The position numbers were made by a program, and so were the translations under genes. From positions 1,120,001-1,184,000 of the forward strand of contig CBDESU010000002.1 in NCBI GenBank assembly GCA_965242695.1: a stretch of DNA of 64,000 bases. Direction: 5' to 3'. This stretch comes from Cenarchaeum sp. (GTDB lineage: Archaea > Thermoproteota > Nitrososphaeria > Nitrososphaerales > Nitrosopumilaceae). The notes beneath the pieces are model-generated. The model saw nothing but the letters and a program-made list of their open reading frames with translations. It was not told the DNA's origin and searched no databases. This document shows, in pieces, positions 38,149-47,300 of this stretch. Within the stretch, counting starts at the first letter, position 1, and each line of letters begins with the position of its first letter.

Positions 38149-39759
38149 TCAGGTTGGTCTAGGCGCGCCCGATCCGCCCTTTCCGCGCCCCCTGCTAGGC
38201 GCGCCCGATCCGCCCTTTCCGCGCCCCCTGCTAGGCGCGCCCGATCCGCCCTTTCCGCGCCCCCTGCTAGGCGCGCCCCGCGCCCCGCATATCTCGTCAA
38301 CCCTGCCCCGGAGCGTGGCGATCGCCGCATCGACGGCCCTTCGCCGCTCGGCGTTGGCGGCGGCCAGGCCCCTCAGCGCCTCTGTCCGGTCCCGCACCAT
38401 CCTGTCCTGCTCGGCGCGCCCCGCCGACCCGCGCGAGGTCCTTGACTTGAGCGACTCGGACACGGTGCACTCCCTGACGATCCGCCCGACGGCGCCGGCC
38501 TTCGCCCCCGTCCCGGCGGCCCTCTTGATGTCGGCGGGGCCGAGCCGGGCCAGCGGCACGCCCGCCGCATCGGCTGCCTGCACGAGGCGCCCCGCTATGC
38601 CGTGCGCGGCCCTGAACGCGATGCCCTCCTCGACGAGCCTGTCGGCCACGTCTAGCGCCGTGAGGTATCCGCGGGATCCGCCGGCGGCCCTCCTCATCGC
38701 GGCCCTGTTGACCGACGCGGTGCCCACCGCGCCTGCCAGCACCGAGAGGGTGCCCGCGGCGGCCCTGGATGCGGCCCACACGTGCGGCTTTACCTCTTGG
38801 AGATCCCTCCCGTACCCCGTCGGGAGGCCCTTTACCGCGCCGAGCACGGCCACCAGCCCTCCGATCGTGCTGGCCGCCTTGCCGCGCACCAGCTCTAGCA
38901 CGTCGGGGTTCTTCTTCTGCGGCATTACGCTAGAGGGCGAGGCGAACCGGTCGGACAGCTCTATGAACCCAAACTCGGCGCTAGACCACATGACAAGGTC
39001 CTCGGCGAGCCTGCTCGCGTTGGTCATCATTACGGCCGCCGCCGAGGCGAACTCGGCCGCAAAGTCGCGCGAGCTGGTCGCGTCTATCGAGTTCTCGACC
39101 AGCCCGTCAAAGCCGAGCAGGCCGGCCGTCTTTTCCCTGTCTATGGGAAGGCGCGTGCCGCCGACGGGGCCGGCGCCGAGCGGGCAGAGGTTCGCCCTGG
39201 CAAACGCGCCGGCGAACCGCGCGTGGTCCCGCACGAGCGCGTCCGCGTGGGCCAGCAGGTAGTGCGAGAGCGTGCCGGCCTGCGCCTGCTGCAGGTGCGT
39301 GTACAGCGGCATCGCGGTCCTCGTGTGGGCCGCGGCGCGCTTTACGAGGGCCCCGGCGGCCTCTACGATGAGGTCCATTATGCCCATCGCATCGTCGCGC
39401 ACCTTCATCCTCATGTCGGTTGCCACCTGGTCGTTGCGCGAGCGGGCCGTGTGCATGCGCCCCCCCGCTGCGCCGCCTGCCTCGGCCACGACGAGCGACT
39501 CGACGAGCTCGTGGATGTCCTCGGACTCGCCGCCCCCCTTGCCGGCCAGGGCCCTGTAGTCGAGCCGCCCTATGCGGCCTAGCGCGGCGAGTATCTTGGC
39601 CGCATCGGCCCTTGCCACGATGCCGCAGTCGTGCAGCATGACGACGTGCGCCTGGCTGCCGAGTATGTCGTAGGCGGCGATCTCGGCGTCCTCGCCGACG
39701 GACGAGGCGAACCCGGCGGCCGCGCCGTCAAGGCCGCCGCCTAGCCTGGCCCTGTACAC
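38149..39759 (-). CDS. argH: Argininosuccinate lyase
   Basis: MHTARSRNDQV, YTHLQQAQ, SSVMPQKKNPDVLELVRGK; GTG start at 39759. Confidence 0.93.
   Translation of the reverse strand: MYRARLGGGLDGAAAGFASSVGEDAEIAAYDILGSQAHVVMLHDCGIVARADAAKILAALGRIGRLDYRALAGKGGGESEDIHELVESLVVAEAGGAAGGRMHTARSRNDQVATDMRMKVRDDAMGIMDLIVEAAGALVKRAAAHTRTAMPLYTHLQQAQAGTLSHYLLAHADALVRDHARFAGAFARANLCPLGAGPVGGTRLPIDREKTAGLLGFDGLVENSIDATSSRDFAAEFASAAAVMMTNASRLAEDLVMWSSAEFGFIELSDRFASPSSVMPQKKNPDVLELVRGKAASTIGGLVAVLGAVKGLPTGYGRDLQEVKPHVWAASRAAAGTLSVLAGAVGTASVNRAAMRRAAGGSRGYLTALDVADRLVEEGIAFRAAHGIAGRLVQAADAAGVPLARLGPADIKRAAGTGAKAGAVGRIVRECTVSESLKSRTSRGSAGRAEQDRMVRDRTEALRGLAAANAERRRAVDAAIATLRGRVDEICGARGAPSRGRGKGGSGAPSRGRGKGGSGAPSRGRGKGGSGAPRPT
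38159..38278. repeat. Tandem repeat, 3.3 x 36 bp, in the argH 3' tail (GAPSRGRGKGGS)
   Basis: CTAGGCGCGCCC at 38159, 38195, 38231 and 38267. Confidence 0.9.
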
Positions 39760-39808
39760 GGGCCGGGTGGCGCTAATCGTTATATATAGCGCCGCGGCGG
39801 GCCGGCTC

Positions 39809-40333
39809 GTGTCGGCAGAGCAGGACGTCCGCCAGCTGCGCGTGCGCATATTCGACGAGCTCTCAAAGATCGTCGATCCCGAGATCAACACGTCCATCAC
39901 TGACCTAGAGCTCATCGACGAGGTCGACATACAGGCCGACAACGTAAAGGTCGACCTCCACCTGACCAGCCCGTTCTGCCCGACCGTGTTCGGCTTCAAG
40001 ATATGCCAGGACATACACGACAACCTGCTGCAGATCGACGGGGTCAGGGACGTAAAGGTCAACGTCTCGAACCACATCGCAGCCGAGATGATCAACAACC
40101 AGGTCAACAGCAGCCCCAACCCCAAGGCGGCGGCAACCGGCTCTTCCGGGCCGCCCCCGTCCGAGGCCGGCTCAGGGCAGGGCCCTGCGCCTGCCGAGCC
40201 GCAGACGCAGACGCCGCAGGACTCTTCCCCGCCCACGGCCCCCGGAGGCGATGCGCCCCCTGCCCCGCCCCCGGCCCCCGGCGGCGCGGGCCAGCCTGGC
40301 GGGCAGCAAGGCGCCCCGTCCGCAGGCTCCTAG
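39809..40333 (+). CDS. Fe-S cluster assembly protein (DUF59/SufT-like) with Pro/Gly-rich tail
   Basis: IVDPEINTSITDLELI, HLTSPFCP. Confidence 0.88.
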   Translation: MSAEQDVRQLRVRIFDELSKIVDPEINTSITDLELIDEVDIQADNVKVDLHLTSPFCPTVFGFKICQDIHDNLLQIDGVRDVKVNVSNHIAAEMINNQVNSSPNPKAAATGSSGPPPSEAGSGQGPAPAEPQTQTPQDSSPPTAPGGDAPPAPPPAPGGAGQPGGQQGAPSAGS

Positions 40334-40423
40334 GCGGCACTCTTCGATGCGGCCGCCTCGGCCTCGGCAGAGCCATCCAGCCTTCCGATTTCGCGCAACC
40401 GGCGCGCGCACCTGCGCCGCCGC

Positions 40424-41203
40424 CTACTTCCTGAACCCGAGCAGGTACCCGCGCAGCAGCTGTATGCCCATCGCGGGATCGACGCCCTTTGGGCACACCT
40501 GGCTGCACGATCCGGCAAAGTGGCACCGCCAGATGCCGTGCGAGTCGTCGATGATCCGAAGGCGCCCCTCGCGCCCCCTGTCCCTGTTGTCGGCCATGTA
40601 CCTGTACGCCTGCGCTAGCGCCTGCGGCCCGACAAAGGACGTGTCGGTGGCCATCGTGGGGCACGCCGCGTTGCACAGCCCGCATTTGATGCACCCCGAG
40701 AACTGGACGAACCGCTCGAGGTCCTCGGGCGTCTGGACCAGCTCTTTTCTCTCCCCCTCGGGCACGTCCGTCTCGTCGCTGACTATGAACGGCTTTATCC
40801 TGCGGTGGTCCTCGAACATGCGCTCGAACCCGACGGCAAGGTCGCGCACGACCGGAAAGTTCCTGAGCGGCTCGACCGTTACGGTGTCCGAGCCGAGCTC
40901 GTCGATCTTTGTAAAGCACGCCAGGCGGGGCCTCCCGTTGACCATCATGCCGCACGACCCGCACGTGGCCTGCCTGCAAGAGTACCTCACGCCGACCGAG
41001 TGGTCCATGTGCTTCTTGATGTCGAGTATGGCGTCAAGGACGGTCGTCCACTTTTCGACGGGCACCGTGTACGTCGCAAACTCCCTCTTCTTGCCGTCGG
41101 CGGGGTTCTCGCGCGCGATGCGCAGCGTTATCGTGCGCGCCGGCGAGACTGCGGTCTGCGCCGCCTCGTAGGCTATGCCGCCGCCCGCAGCCGCCGCCGT
41201 CAT
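40424..41203 (-). CDS. sdhB: Succinate dehydrogenase Fe-S subunit
   Basis: YSCRQATCGSC, CIKCGLCNAACP, WRCHFAGSCSQVCP. Confidence 0.95.
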   Translation of the reverse strand: MTAAAAGGGIAYEAAQTAVSPARTITLRIARENPADGKKREFATYTVPVEKWTTVLDAILDIKKHMDHSVGVRYSCRQATCGSCGMMVNGRPRLACFTKIDELGSDTVTVEPLRNFPVVRDLAVGFERMFEDHRRIKPFIVSDETDVPEGERKELVQTPEDLERFVQFSGCIKCGLCNAACPTMATDTSFVGPQALAQAYRYMADNRDRGREGRLRIIDDSHGIWRCHFAGSCSQVCPKGVDPAMGIQLLRGYLLGFRK

Positions 41204-41553
41204 GCCGCGCCGCCCCCCGTCATGGTGGCCACGAGTATGGTCCTCGACCCGTACGCGATGAGCGCGATCATGCCCGCGACGCACCCGTACGAGACGGCCT
41301 TCTCGTACCTGCGCCCCTGCCTGAGCTCGAGCAGGACCACCCGCAGCCCGTTGAAGCCGTGTATGGACAGCAGGATCAGGATGATCTCCAGCATGCCCGC
41401 GTACGGGACGAACTGGTAGTTGGCAAGGACGTTCTCGTACTCTAGCGAGTCGTGGAAGCCGACCGTGAACCTGAACAGCACGTGGACGACGACGAGGGCG
41501 ACGGCGCCGATGGCCGTGCCGTAGTGTATCTTCATTATCGTGCTTTCCCTCAT
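41200..41553 (-). CDS. sdhD: Succinate dehydrogenase membrane anchor
   Basis: Three TM helices, HGFNGLR; operon position. Confidence 0.85.
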   Translation of the reverse strand: MRESTIMKIHYGTAIGAVALVVVHVLFRFTVGFHDSLEYENVLANYQFVPYAGMLEIILILLSIHGFNGLRVVLLELRQGRRYEKAVSYGCVAGMIALIAYGSRTILVATMTGGGAA

Positions 41554-41558
41554 ATCCG

Positions 41559-42020
41559 TCACACCTCCCCGAACATGACCGACAGCCCGAACAGCATCGC
41601 GGCCGCGGCAAGGACGATCGACAGGTATATGCCGATCTTGTGCCGGGCGTTCTGCGACATCGGCGCGTACGGGTAGTCGGGCCTTGTAGGCCGGCCGACC
41701 CAGATGCCGCCGTGCCCGAGTATGAGCCGTATGCCGTTGCCCGTGTGGAACACGCACATGCCGATGACGATTGCGAGCAGCACGTGGCCCTCGGTCGTCT
41801 GCGTGAGCGCGAGCATCTCGTCCCACGCGTCCTTGCCCTGTATGATGCTGCTCGTCTCGTAGATGTGGCCGACAAAGTACGCGAGCAGGCCGAGCCCGCT
41901 GAGCCTCATGAGCCAGTACGCGACGCGCTCTATGCCGTACCTGCGGGGGTTGGCCATGCCGCGTATGCCGCCGCGGTTGTCCGATACGCCTCCGGACGCC
42001 GCCTCCTCCCTGGCGGCCAT
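41559..42020 (-). CDS. sdhC: Succinate dehydrogenase cytochrome b subunit
   Basis: LMRLSGLGL, FHTGNGIR; operon position. Confidence 0.85.
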   Translation of the reverse strand: MAAREEAASGGVSDNRGGIRGMANPRRYGIERVAYWLMRLSGLGLLAYFVGHIYETSSIIQGKDAWDEMLALTQTTEGHVLLAIVIGMCVFHTGNGIRLILGHGGIWVGRPTRPDYPYAPMSQNARHKIGIYLSIVLAAAAMLFGLSVMFGEV

Positions 42021-43732
42021 CAGTACTTCCTCTCCACCGGCTTGTACCGGGTTATCGTGACGGGGTGCGTCTTCATGATGGGCGCCTCCTGGCCGTAGTA
42101 GGCGAGCGTGTGGTGCAGGAACCCGTCGTCGTCGCGCTTGGGAAAGTCGGTCCTGGCGTGCGAGCCGCGCGACTCTTTGCGGTTGATCGCGCCGACCAGG
42201 ACGGTCTCGGCCACGCGCATCATCGAGTCGATCTCCATGACGTTGCAAAAGTTGGTGTTGTACTCCTTTGCCTGGTCGTCGACGTGCCTCCAGGTCTCGC
42301 CCCTGAGGCGCCTGAGCGTGCGCAGGCCGTCGGCAAGCCCGTCGCCGTCGCGGAACACGTACGCCTTCTCGTTCATGGTGTCTGTCAGCTCCTGCCTAAC
42401 CTCGTAGGGGTTGGCGCCGCCGCCGCCCCTGAAAATGCCGTCGTATATGCGCTTTTCCTCGTGCGCGACGAGGTGGTGCGGGAACGGCGCGTCGGGCACG
42501 CCGGCCTCGATGTACCTGACGGCCTCCTCGCCGGTGATCCTCCCCCACACGATGCACTCTGACGTAGAGTTGGCGCCGAGCCGGTTCGAGCCGTGCGTGC
42601 TGTTGCACGCGGCCTCGCCGGCGGCCCACACGCCGAGCAGCTCGGTCGCCCCGTCGATGTTGCTGTGCACGCCGCCCATCATGTAGTGGCACACGGGCCG
42701 TATGTCGAGCATCTCCTTGGCGGGGTCTATCCCCGAGAACTTTATCGATATCTCGCGGATGCCGCCGAGCTTTTCCTTTATCATGTCGTCGCCGACGTGC
42801 CGCAGGTCGAGCTTCATGCAGTCGACGCCGGTCTCGTGCTTGAAGCCGCGCCCCTCGTTGATCTCGGTCATTATCGAGCGCGAGACGATGTCGCGCGGCG
42901 CAAGCTCCATCTTTGTCGGCGCGTACTTTGACATGAAGCGCTCGCCGAGGCTGTTGAGCAGGTGGCCGCCCTCGCCCCTCGCCCCCTCGGTTATGAGTAT
43001 GCCCGACGGCATGATGCCCGTCGGGTGGAACTGGACAAACTCCATGTCCTTTAGGGCCAGGCCCGCCCTGTACGCCATGTCGAGGCCGTCGGGCGTCGAA
43101 GAGTGGGCGTACGTCGAAAAGCTGTACAGCCTCCCCGCGCCGCCGGTCGCGAGTATGAGCGCCTTTGCCCTGATGACGTGGAACGCCCCAGACGAGAGCT
43201 CGATGGCCGTGATGCCCATGAACCGCCGCCCGTCGTGCACGAGCGACGTGGCGAACCACTCGTTGAGGTACTCTATGTTGTCGTGCCTCTGGCACGTGTC
43301 GTAGAGCGTCTGCATCTCGTAGAACCCGACCTTGTCGGACGCGTACGTGGCGCGAGGAAAGCTGTACCCCCCGAACGCCCTCTGGTCTATCCTGCCGTCC
43401 TTGCGGCGCGACCACGGCATCCCCCACCTGTCGAGCTGGTATATCTCCCTGGGCATCTCGTTGCACAGGCGCTCGGCGACGTCCTGGTCGGCCAAAAAGT
43501 CGCTGCCCTTTACGGTGTCGTACACGTGCGACTCGACAGTGTCGCCCTCGTCCGTGGCGATGGCCGCCGCCGTGCCGCCCTCGGCCGAGACCGAGTGCGA
43601 CCGCATGACCTGCACCTTTGAGACTACGGCTATCTTGACGCGTCGGCTCCTTTGCGCGGCGGCGATGGCCGCCCGCAGGCCCGCGAGCCCGGAGCCGCAG
43701 ATGATCAGGTCGTAGTGTATGGTCTCGACCAT
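42020..43732 (-). CDS. sdhA: Succinate dehydrogenase flavoprotein
   Basis: GSGLAG, RSHSVSAEGG, QFHPTG, HYMMGG, HGSNRLGANS, ESRGSHAR. Confidence 0.96.
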   Translation of the reverse strand: MVETIHYDLIICGSGLAGLRAAIAAAQRSRRVKIAVVSKVQVMRSHSVSAEGGTAAAIATDEGDTVESHVYDTVKGSDFLADQDVAERLCNEMPREIYQLDRWGMPWSRRKDGRIDQRAFGGYSFPRATYASDKVGFYEMQTLYDTCQRHDNIEYLNEWFATSLVHDGRRFMGITAIELSSGAFHVIRAKALILATGGAGRLYSFSTYAHSSTPDGLDMAYRAGLALKDMEFVQFHPTGIMPSGILITEGARGEGGHLLNSLGERFMSKYAPTKMELAPRDIVSRSIMTEINEGRGFKHETGVDCMKLDLRHVGDDMIKEKLGGIREISIKFSGIDPAKEMLDIRPVCHYMMGGVHSNIDGATELLGVWAAGEAACNSTHGSNRLGANSTSECIVWGRITGEEAVRYIEAGVPDAPFPHHLVAHEEKRIYDGIFRGGGGANPYEVRQELTDTMNEKAYVFRDGDGLADGLRTLRRLRGETWRHVDDQAKEYNTNFCNVMEIDSMMRVAETVLVGAINRKESRGSHARTDFPKRDDDGFLHHTLAYYGQEAPIMKTHPVTITRYKPVERKY

Positions 43733-43956
43733 TCCTGTCGCGGCGCCGGCCGGCCGTTAAATATAGTGTGGCAGGCAGGGGCCGGGCCGGCCCGACGCGG
43801 GGGCTGCGCGGGGTAGGGGGGGGGGGCGCGGCTGGGCGCGATCGGGCGGTGGGGCGGCCGGCCGCCGGCAGGCGCCGCATGGCGATGCGGCCTAGGCGCC
43901 CACTGGCCGCGCGCGGCCCTGGAAAGCCATATAACTATCGCTAGCGACACGCCGTC

Positions 43957-44547
43957 GTGGAAGACGGGGGCGGCAACGGGGCCTCGCCGGGGATTGGATG
44001 CTCGGTGCCGAGGGGGTTCTCTAGGTACTTTGTGCTGAGCCTGCTCTCGTCCGAGGGGCCGTTGACGGGCAAGCAGATCATCGACCGCGCCGCCGAGAGC
44101 AGCGGCGGCATCTGGCGCCCCTCGCCGGGCCTCGTGTACCCGCTGCTCGGCCGCCTCCTTGACGACGGGCTCGTCTCGAGGGACGGAGGGGCGGACGGCG
44201 GGCAGGGGGGCCGCTACTCGGTCACCGACAGCGGCCGGGCTACGGCAGACGATGCGCGCAAGATCGCCGACGCCGTGCGCAGGCAGGTCGAGGTGATCCT
44301 GCGGCTTGCCGGGGCGGGCAGGTTTCTTGCGGCCGATGCGTTCGACCGCATCGCGTACGCCCTCTCCCCCGTGTGCACCGACCTGTCGCGGATGACCGAC
44401 GAGGAGGCGCGCAGCTATAGGGCGTTTTTGGAGTCGGAGATGTCGCGGGTCGACGCCGAGATGGCCGCCAGGCGCGGGTCGGAGGTTCCGGTCGGGCCTC
44501 CGGGCGGCGTGGCGGACGGCGGCAGTGGCCGCCGGGATGCGGCCTGA
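43957..44547 (+). CDS. PadR-family transcriptional regulator
   Basis: WRPSPGLVYPLLGRL...YSVTDSG. Confidence 0.88.
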   Translation: MEDGGGNGASPGIGCSVPRGFSRYFVLSLLSSEGPLTGKQIIDRAAESSGGIWRPSPGLVYPLLGRLLDDGLVSRDGGADGGQGGRYSVTDSGRATADDARKIADAVRRQVEVILRLAGAGRFLAADAFDRIAYALSPVCTDLSRMTDEEARSYRAFLESEMSRVDAEMAARRGSEVPVGPPGGVADGGSGRRDAA

Positions 44548-44592
44548 CGGCGCGTTCTGCCGCCGCCGCAGGGCGACGGGCAACGGGTTTTA

Positions 44593-44892
44593 TTGCGCAT
44601 CGCCCGCAAGCCCGCCGTGATCACCGGCAAGGATGCGGCGTCCGTGGCCGAGGCGCTGGCCGGTAACCTGCTCGGCGTGTCCAAGGATGCCGCCAACTTT
44701 AGGGGCCTCCCTGACTCGTTCTGGGGATACTTTGCGCGCGGCCACGACAGGAACGGCAAGTTCGGTGTCTTCGTGGCCTACTCGGAGGACGGGGCCGACA
44801 TCGACTCGCTCATAGACCAGTACGAAAAATGGGCCGCATCGAGGGGCGGATCGGCCGCAGGGGCGGCGGCTGGCCCGGACGGCCAGGCCTGA
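44593..44892 (+). CDS. Small hypothetical protein
   Basis: 99-aa ORF with typical codon usage. Confidence 0.65.
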   Translation: MRIARKPAVITGKDAASVAEALAGNLLGVSKDAANFRGLPDSFWGYFARGHDRNGKFGVFVAYSEDGADIDSLIDQYEKWAASRGGSAAGAAAGPDGQA

Positions 44893-45249
44893 TGGCATCC
44901 TGTGGATAGACTGCCGAATGCCGCGCCTTGCTGTCTTGGGCGTGGGCACCTGCGCCCTGGGGATTTTCAGATCTTGGCGGCAGATTGCGCCGCTGGCGCG
45001 GCGGCCCGCTTGCACATGTCGCATGTTGAACGTCGACGCTTGGACGGCTAGGCCACCGCAGGCGCTGGCGGCTTTGCTCGCCGCACCGTGCGGCCAAGTG
45101 CAAGATCCCCGCCTCAGGCGCCGCGGCCGTACGCCGCCTTGCGGCCTCGCATTTCCGGCAGATCGATCTGGCGCACTGGATCAGTAAAGTCAAGTGTGGC
45201 GCATCTAGGGCAGGTGGGCAGACATTCTGGGCGCCAAGAGACCTGTTTG

Positions 45250-45521
45250 AGCGCCCGTTCGTAGCATCCTAGGCAGACACCTACACTTTAGTGTGGATAA
45301 TTGACTCGATACACAGCAACGACGGATTTTGTGATGTGTGCTCCAAGGCAGTCGTCGTACCTGCCTTTTTTTGGAATGCCGATGGCCGCCGGATTGACCG
45401 AGCTCTCTAAACTTTTGATGAGCCGGCGGCAGTTCTTGAAGGCCGCCTTGTCTGATCTATGCTGTAGAAGGGTGTCCCTGGATTGCTTGCTAGGCCGGAC
45501 GATCTACCGCATCATCGCCAA
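45250..45521 (-). pseudogene. Inactivated copy of the RelE/YafQ-like toxin
   Basis: Reads LAMMR*IVRPSK...NPAAIGIPKKGRYDDCLGAHITKSVVAVYRVNYPH*; clearly paralogous to 45827-46117, with two stops. Confidence 0.85.
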
Positions 45522-45711
45522 ACTCTTGATCCAGATGCTGGAGATATTCTTTGATGGTGTAGGTCTTTCCTATGGGGCGGCCAGCTTCGCAGTCTGCGAT
45601 CATCTGTTCAATCTCTTTGCTGTATGGGAGATCGTTGTCCAGATCAGGCGACAGGCGCTCTTCCATGCTCAGAATGTGGACGGGATCTTCGGATGCATCG
45701 CTACCGGTCAA
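45490..45711 (-). CDS. Stand-alone antitoxin-like peptide (duplicate of the C-terminus of 46083-47138)
   Basis: PVHILSMEERLSPDLDNDLPYSKEIEQMIADCEAGRPIGKTYT is near-identical to the fused copy. Confidence 0.7.
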   Translation of the reverse strand: MTGSDASEDPVHILSMEERLSPDLDNDLPYSKEIEQMIADCEAGRPIGKTYTIKEYLQHLDQEFGDDAVDRPA

Positions 45712-45826
45712 CGGGCCGCCGCACTCTTGCTGGTATTTGTACCTTCACGGGGTTGGTGTCTGTGCACGTTGGCGGTCCCGTGCGCGAGCTGTTCATCAGC
45801 ATGCCTGTGGCCGGTGCTGAACCACC

Positions 45827-46117
45827 TCAGCCGTCGCTTCCATACACCATCTTGTGATCGCCCATCTTCAGCAAATCGATCCTGTGTGCCGCATGGTCTA
45901 TGCGATAAACAACGACGACAGACTTTGTAATATGCGCGCCAATACAGCCGCTATACCTGCCCTTTTTCGGAATGCCCATGTTTGCAGGGTTGTCTAAATG
46001 TGGCAGTTCATCGACAAGGCGATGATAGTTGTTGGAGACCGCTTTGTCGGCCTTGTAGTATTGAAGGCTTTTGACGATCGACCTACTTTCCTGTATGGTC
46101 CACGGTACCAATGCCAA
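45827..46117 (-). CDS. RelE/YafQ/ParE-superfamily toxin
   Basis: 96 aa, basic; KKGRYSG...AHITKSVVVVYRID...IDLLKMGDHKMVY; overlaps the upstream gene. Confidence 0.8.
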   Translation of the reverse strand: MALVPWTIQESRSIVKSLQYYKADKAVSNNYHRLVDELPHLDNPANMGIPKKGRYSGCIGAHITKSVVVVYRIDHAAHRIDLLKMGDHKMVYGSDG

Positions 46118-47138
46118 GCTCCTCGAGATGCCGCATATATTCTTCAGCCGTGTAGGTTTTTCCGATGGGGCGACCGGCTTCGCAGTCTGCGATCATCTGC
46201 TCGATCTCTTCGCTGTATGGAAGATCGTTGTCGAGATCTGCAGACCTGCGCTCCTCCCTGCTCAGAATATGGACAGGCTCCTCGGCTACGGCCGCGGTGG
46301 CAGATGGATGCCCGTCCTTGCTTGTGTTTGAACCTTGGATGCCGACACCGCCGAATACCCAGCGGATGCCGACACCGTCCGTGGATATCTTTGCCGAGCG
46401 CTCTAGGTACTCCAGTATGCGGTCAAGCTTTACCGGGTCTATGTCCGCGGGCAGAGCCGCCATCAGCTCGGGCCTGCCGGCAATGCTGCCGCGATCGGAG
46501 ATTTGGCGTTCCACCTCCATGATCATGTCTAGATCAGGCGCAGAATGCTCGCGGGGGCTTGGCGCTCCGCTGCGCAGGCTGCCAAGCACACCCTGCTGCC
46601 CTGCGGCGGCGCCAGCGGCGCCGATCCTCTCCAGCTCGAAGGCCAGCGCTCCGGGGCGCGTGGGCGTGTCCTTGTAGCGGCGTGCAACGCATTCGACAAG
46701 GCCGCTGAACACTAGGCTTCCGCCATCCTTGACGAAGTACAGGACGCGGCTGCCGCTTTCCCGCGACCTTGCAAGCTTTAGGTTGCCTAGGATCATCTGA
46801 TCGGACCGCCCCTTGTAGTACCTGCCGTAGTATATGATGCGCCCGCCCTCCTCGGCATCGTCGTAGTCGCTGTGCACATTGCGGACCAGTATGATGTCGG
46901 ACGAAGTCGAGCTAGTGCGTATGCCGCCTCCCTTGGGGACGCCGAACCTCTCGCGCATCTGATCCTCGGTGAACATGTCACCCTGCTGAGGCAGGGGCGG
47001 CAGGGACTCTTCCGCGCGGCCTGGGCGCGGCCGGGCTGCGCCCGGGGGATCTCGATGCCGAGCAGTTCTTGCCTGTATCCCCGTGTGGCCACCATGCTTG
47101 GTAACCTGCCTCGCTATCGCTTCCACGTACCGCCGCAC
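46083..47138 (-). CDS. SRA/YDG-like domain + winged helix + antitoxin-like tail fusion
   Basis: GGGIR...YDD...IIYYG...DQMILGNLKL...VLYFVK...FSG...FELER; PDLDMIMEVE...ILEYLERSAKI...IRW; acidic tail with GKTYTAEEY; alternative start ATG at 46976. Confidence 0.7.
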   Translation of the reverse strand: MRRYVEAIARQVTKHGGHTGIQARTARHRDPPGAARPRPGRAEESLPPLPQQGDMFTEDQMRERFGVPKGGGIRTSSTSSDIILVRNVHSDYDDAEEGGRIIYYGRYYKGRSDQMILGNLKLARSRESGSRVLYFVKDGGSLVFSGLVECVARRYKDTPTRPGALAFELERIGAAGAAAGQQGVLGSLRSGAPSPREHSAPDLDMIMEVERQISDRGSIAGRPELMAALPADIDPVKLDRILEYLERSAKISTDGVGIRWVFGGVGIQGSNTSKDGHPSATAAVAEEPVHILSREERRSADLDNDLPYSEEIEQMIADCEAGRPIGKTYTAEEYMRHLEELGIGTVDHTGK

Positions 47139-47300
47139 TGCGCCCCGTATATGAACTTTGTATGCGGGATGGGCGCAGGCCTCGCCACTCGTGCATGCGG
47201 CGCGGCTGGGCCACGGCGCGCCTTGCGGCGCGAGTCTGGCACCGGGGCGGATGCCCTGTGCCCTGAAACACAGATTAACCGCAGGGCGCGCGGCGCGCCG

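Noticed and set aside
38149-41875. Apparent long N-terminal fusions on argH (to 40236) and sdhB (to 41875)
   Set aside because: The extensions overlap the SufT-like gene and sdhD/sdhC; true starts are near 39759 and 41203.
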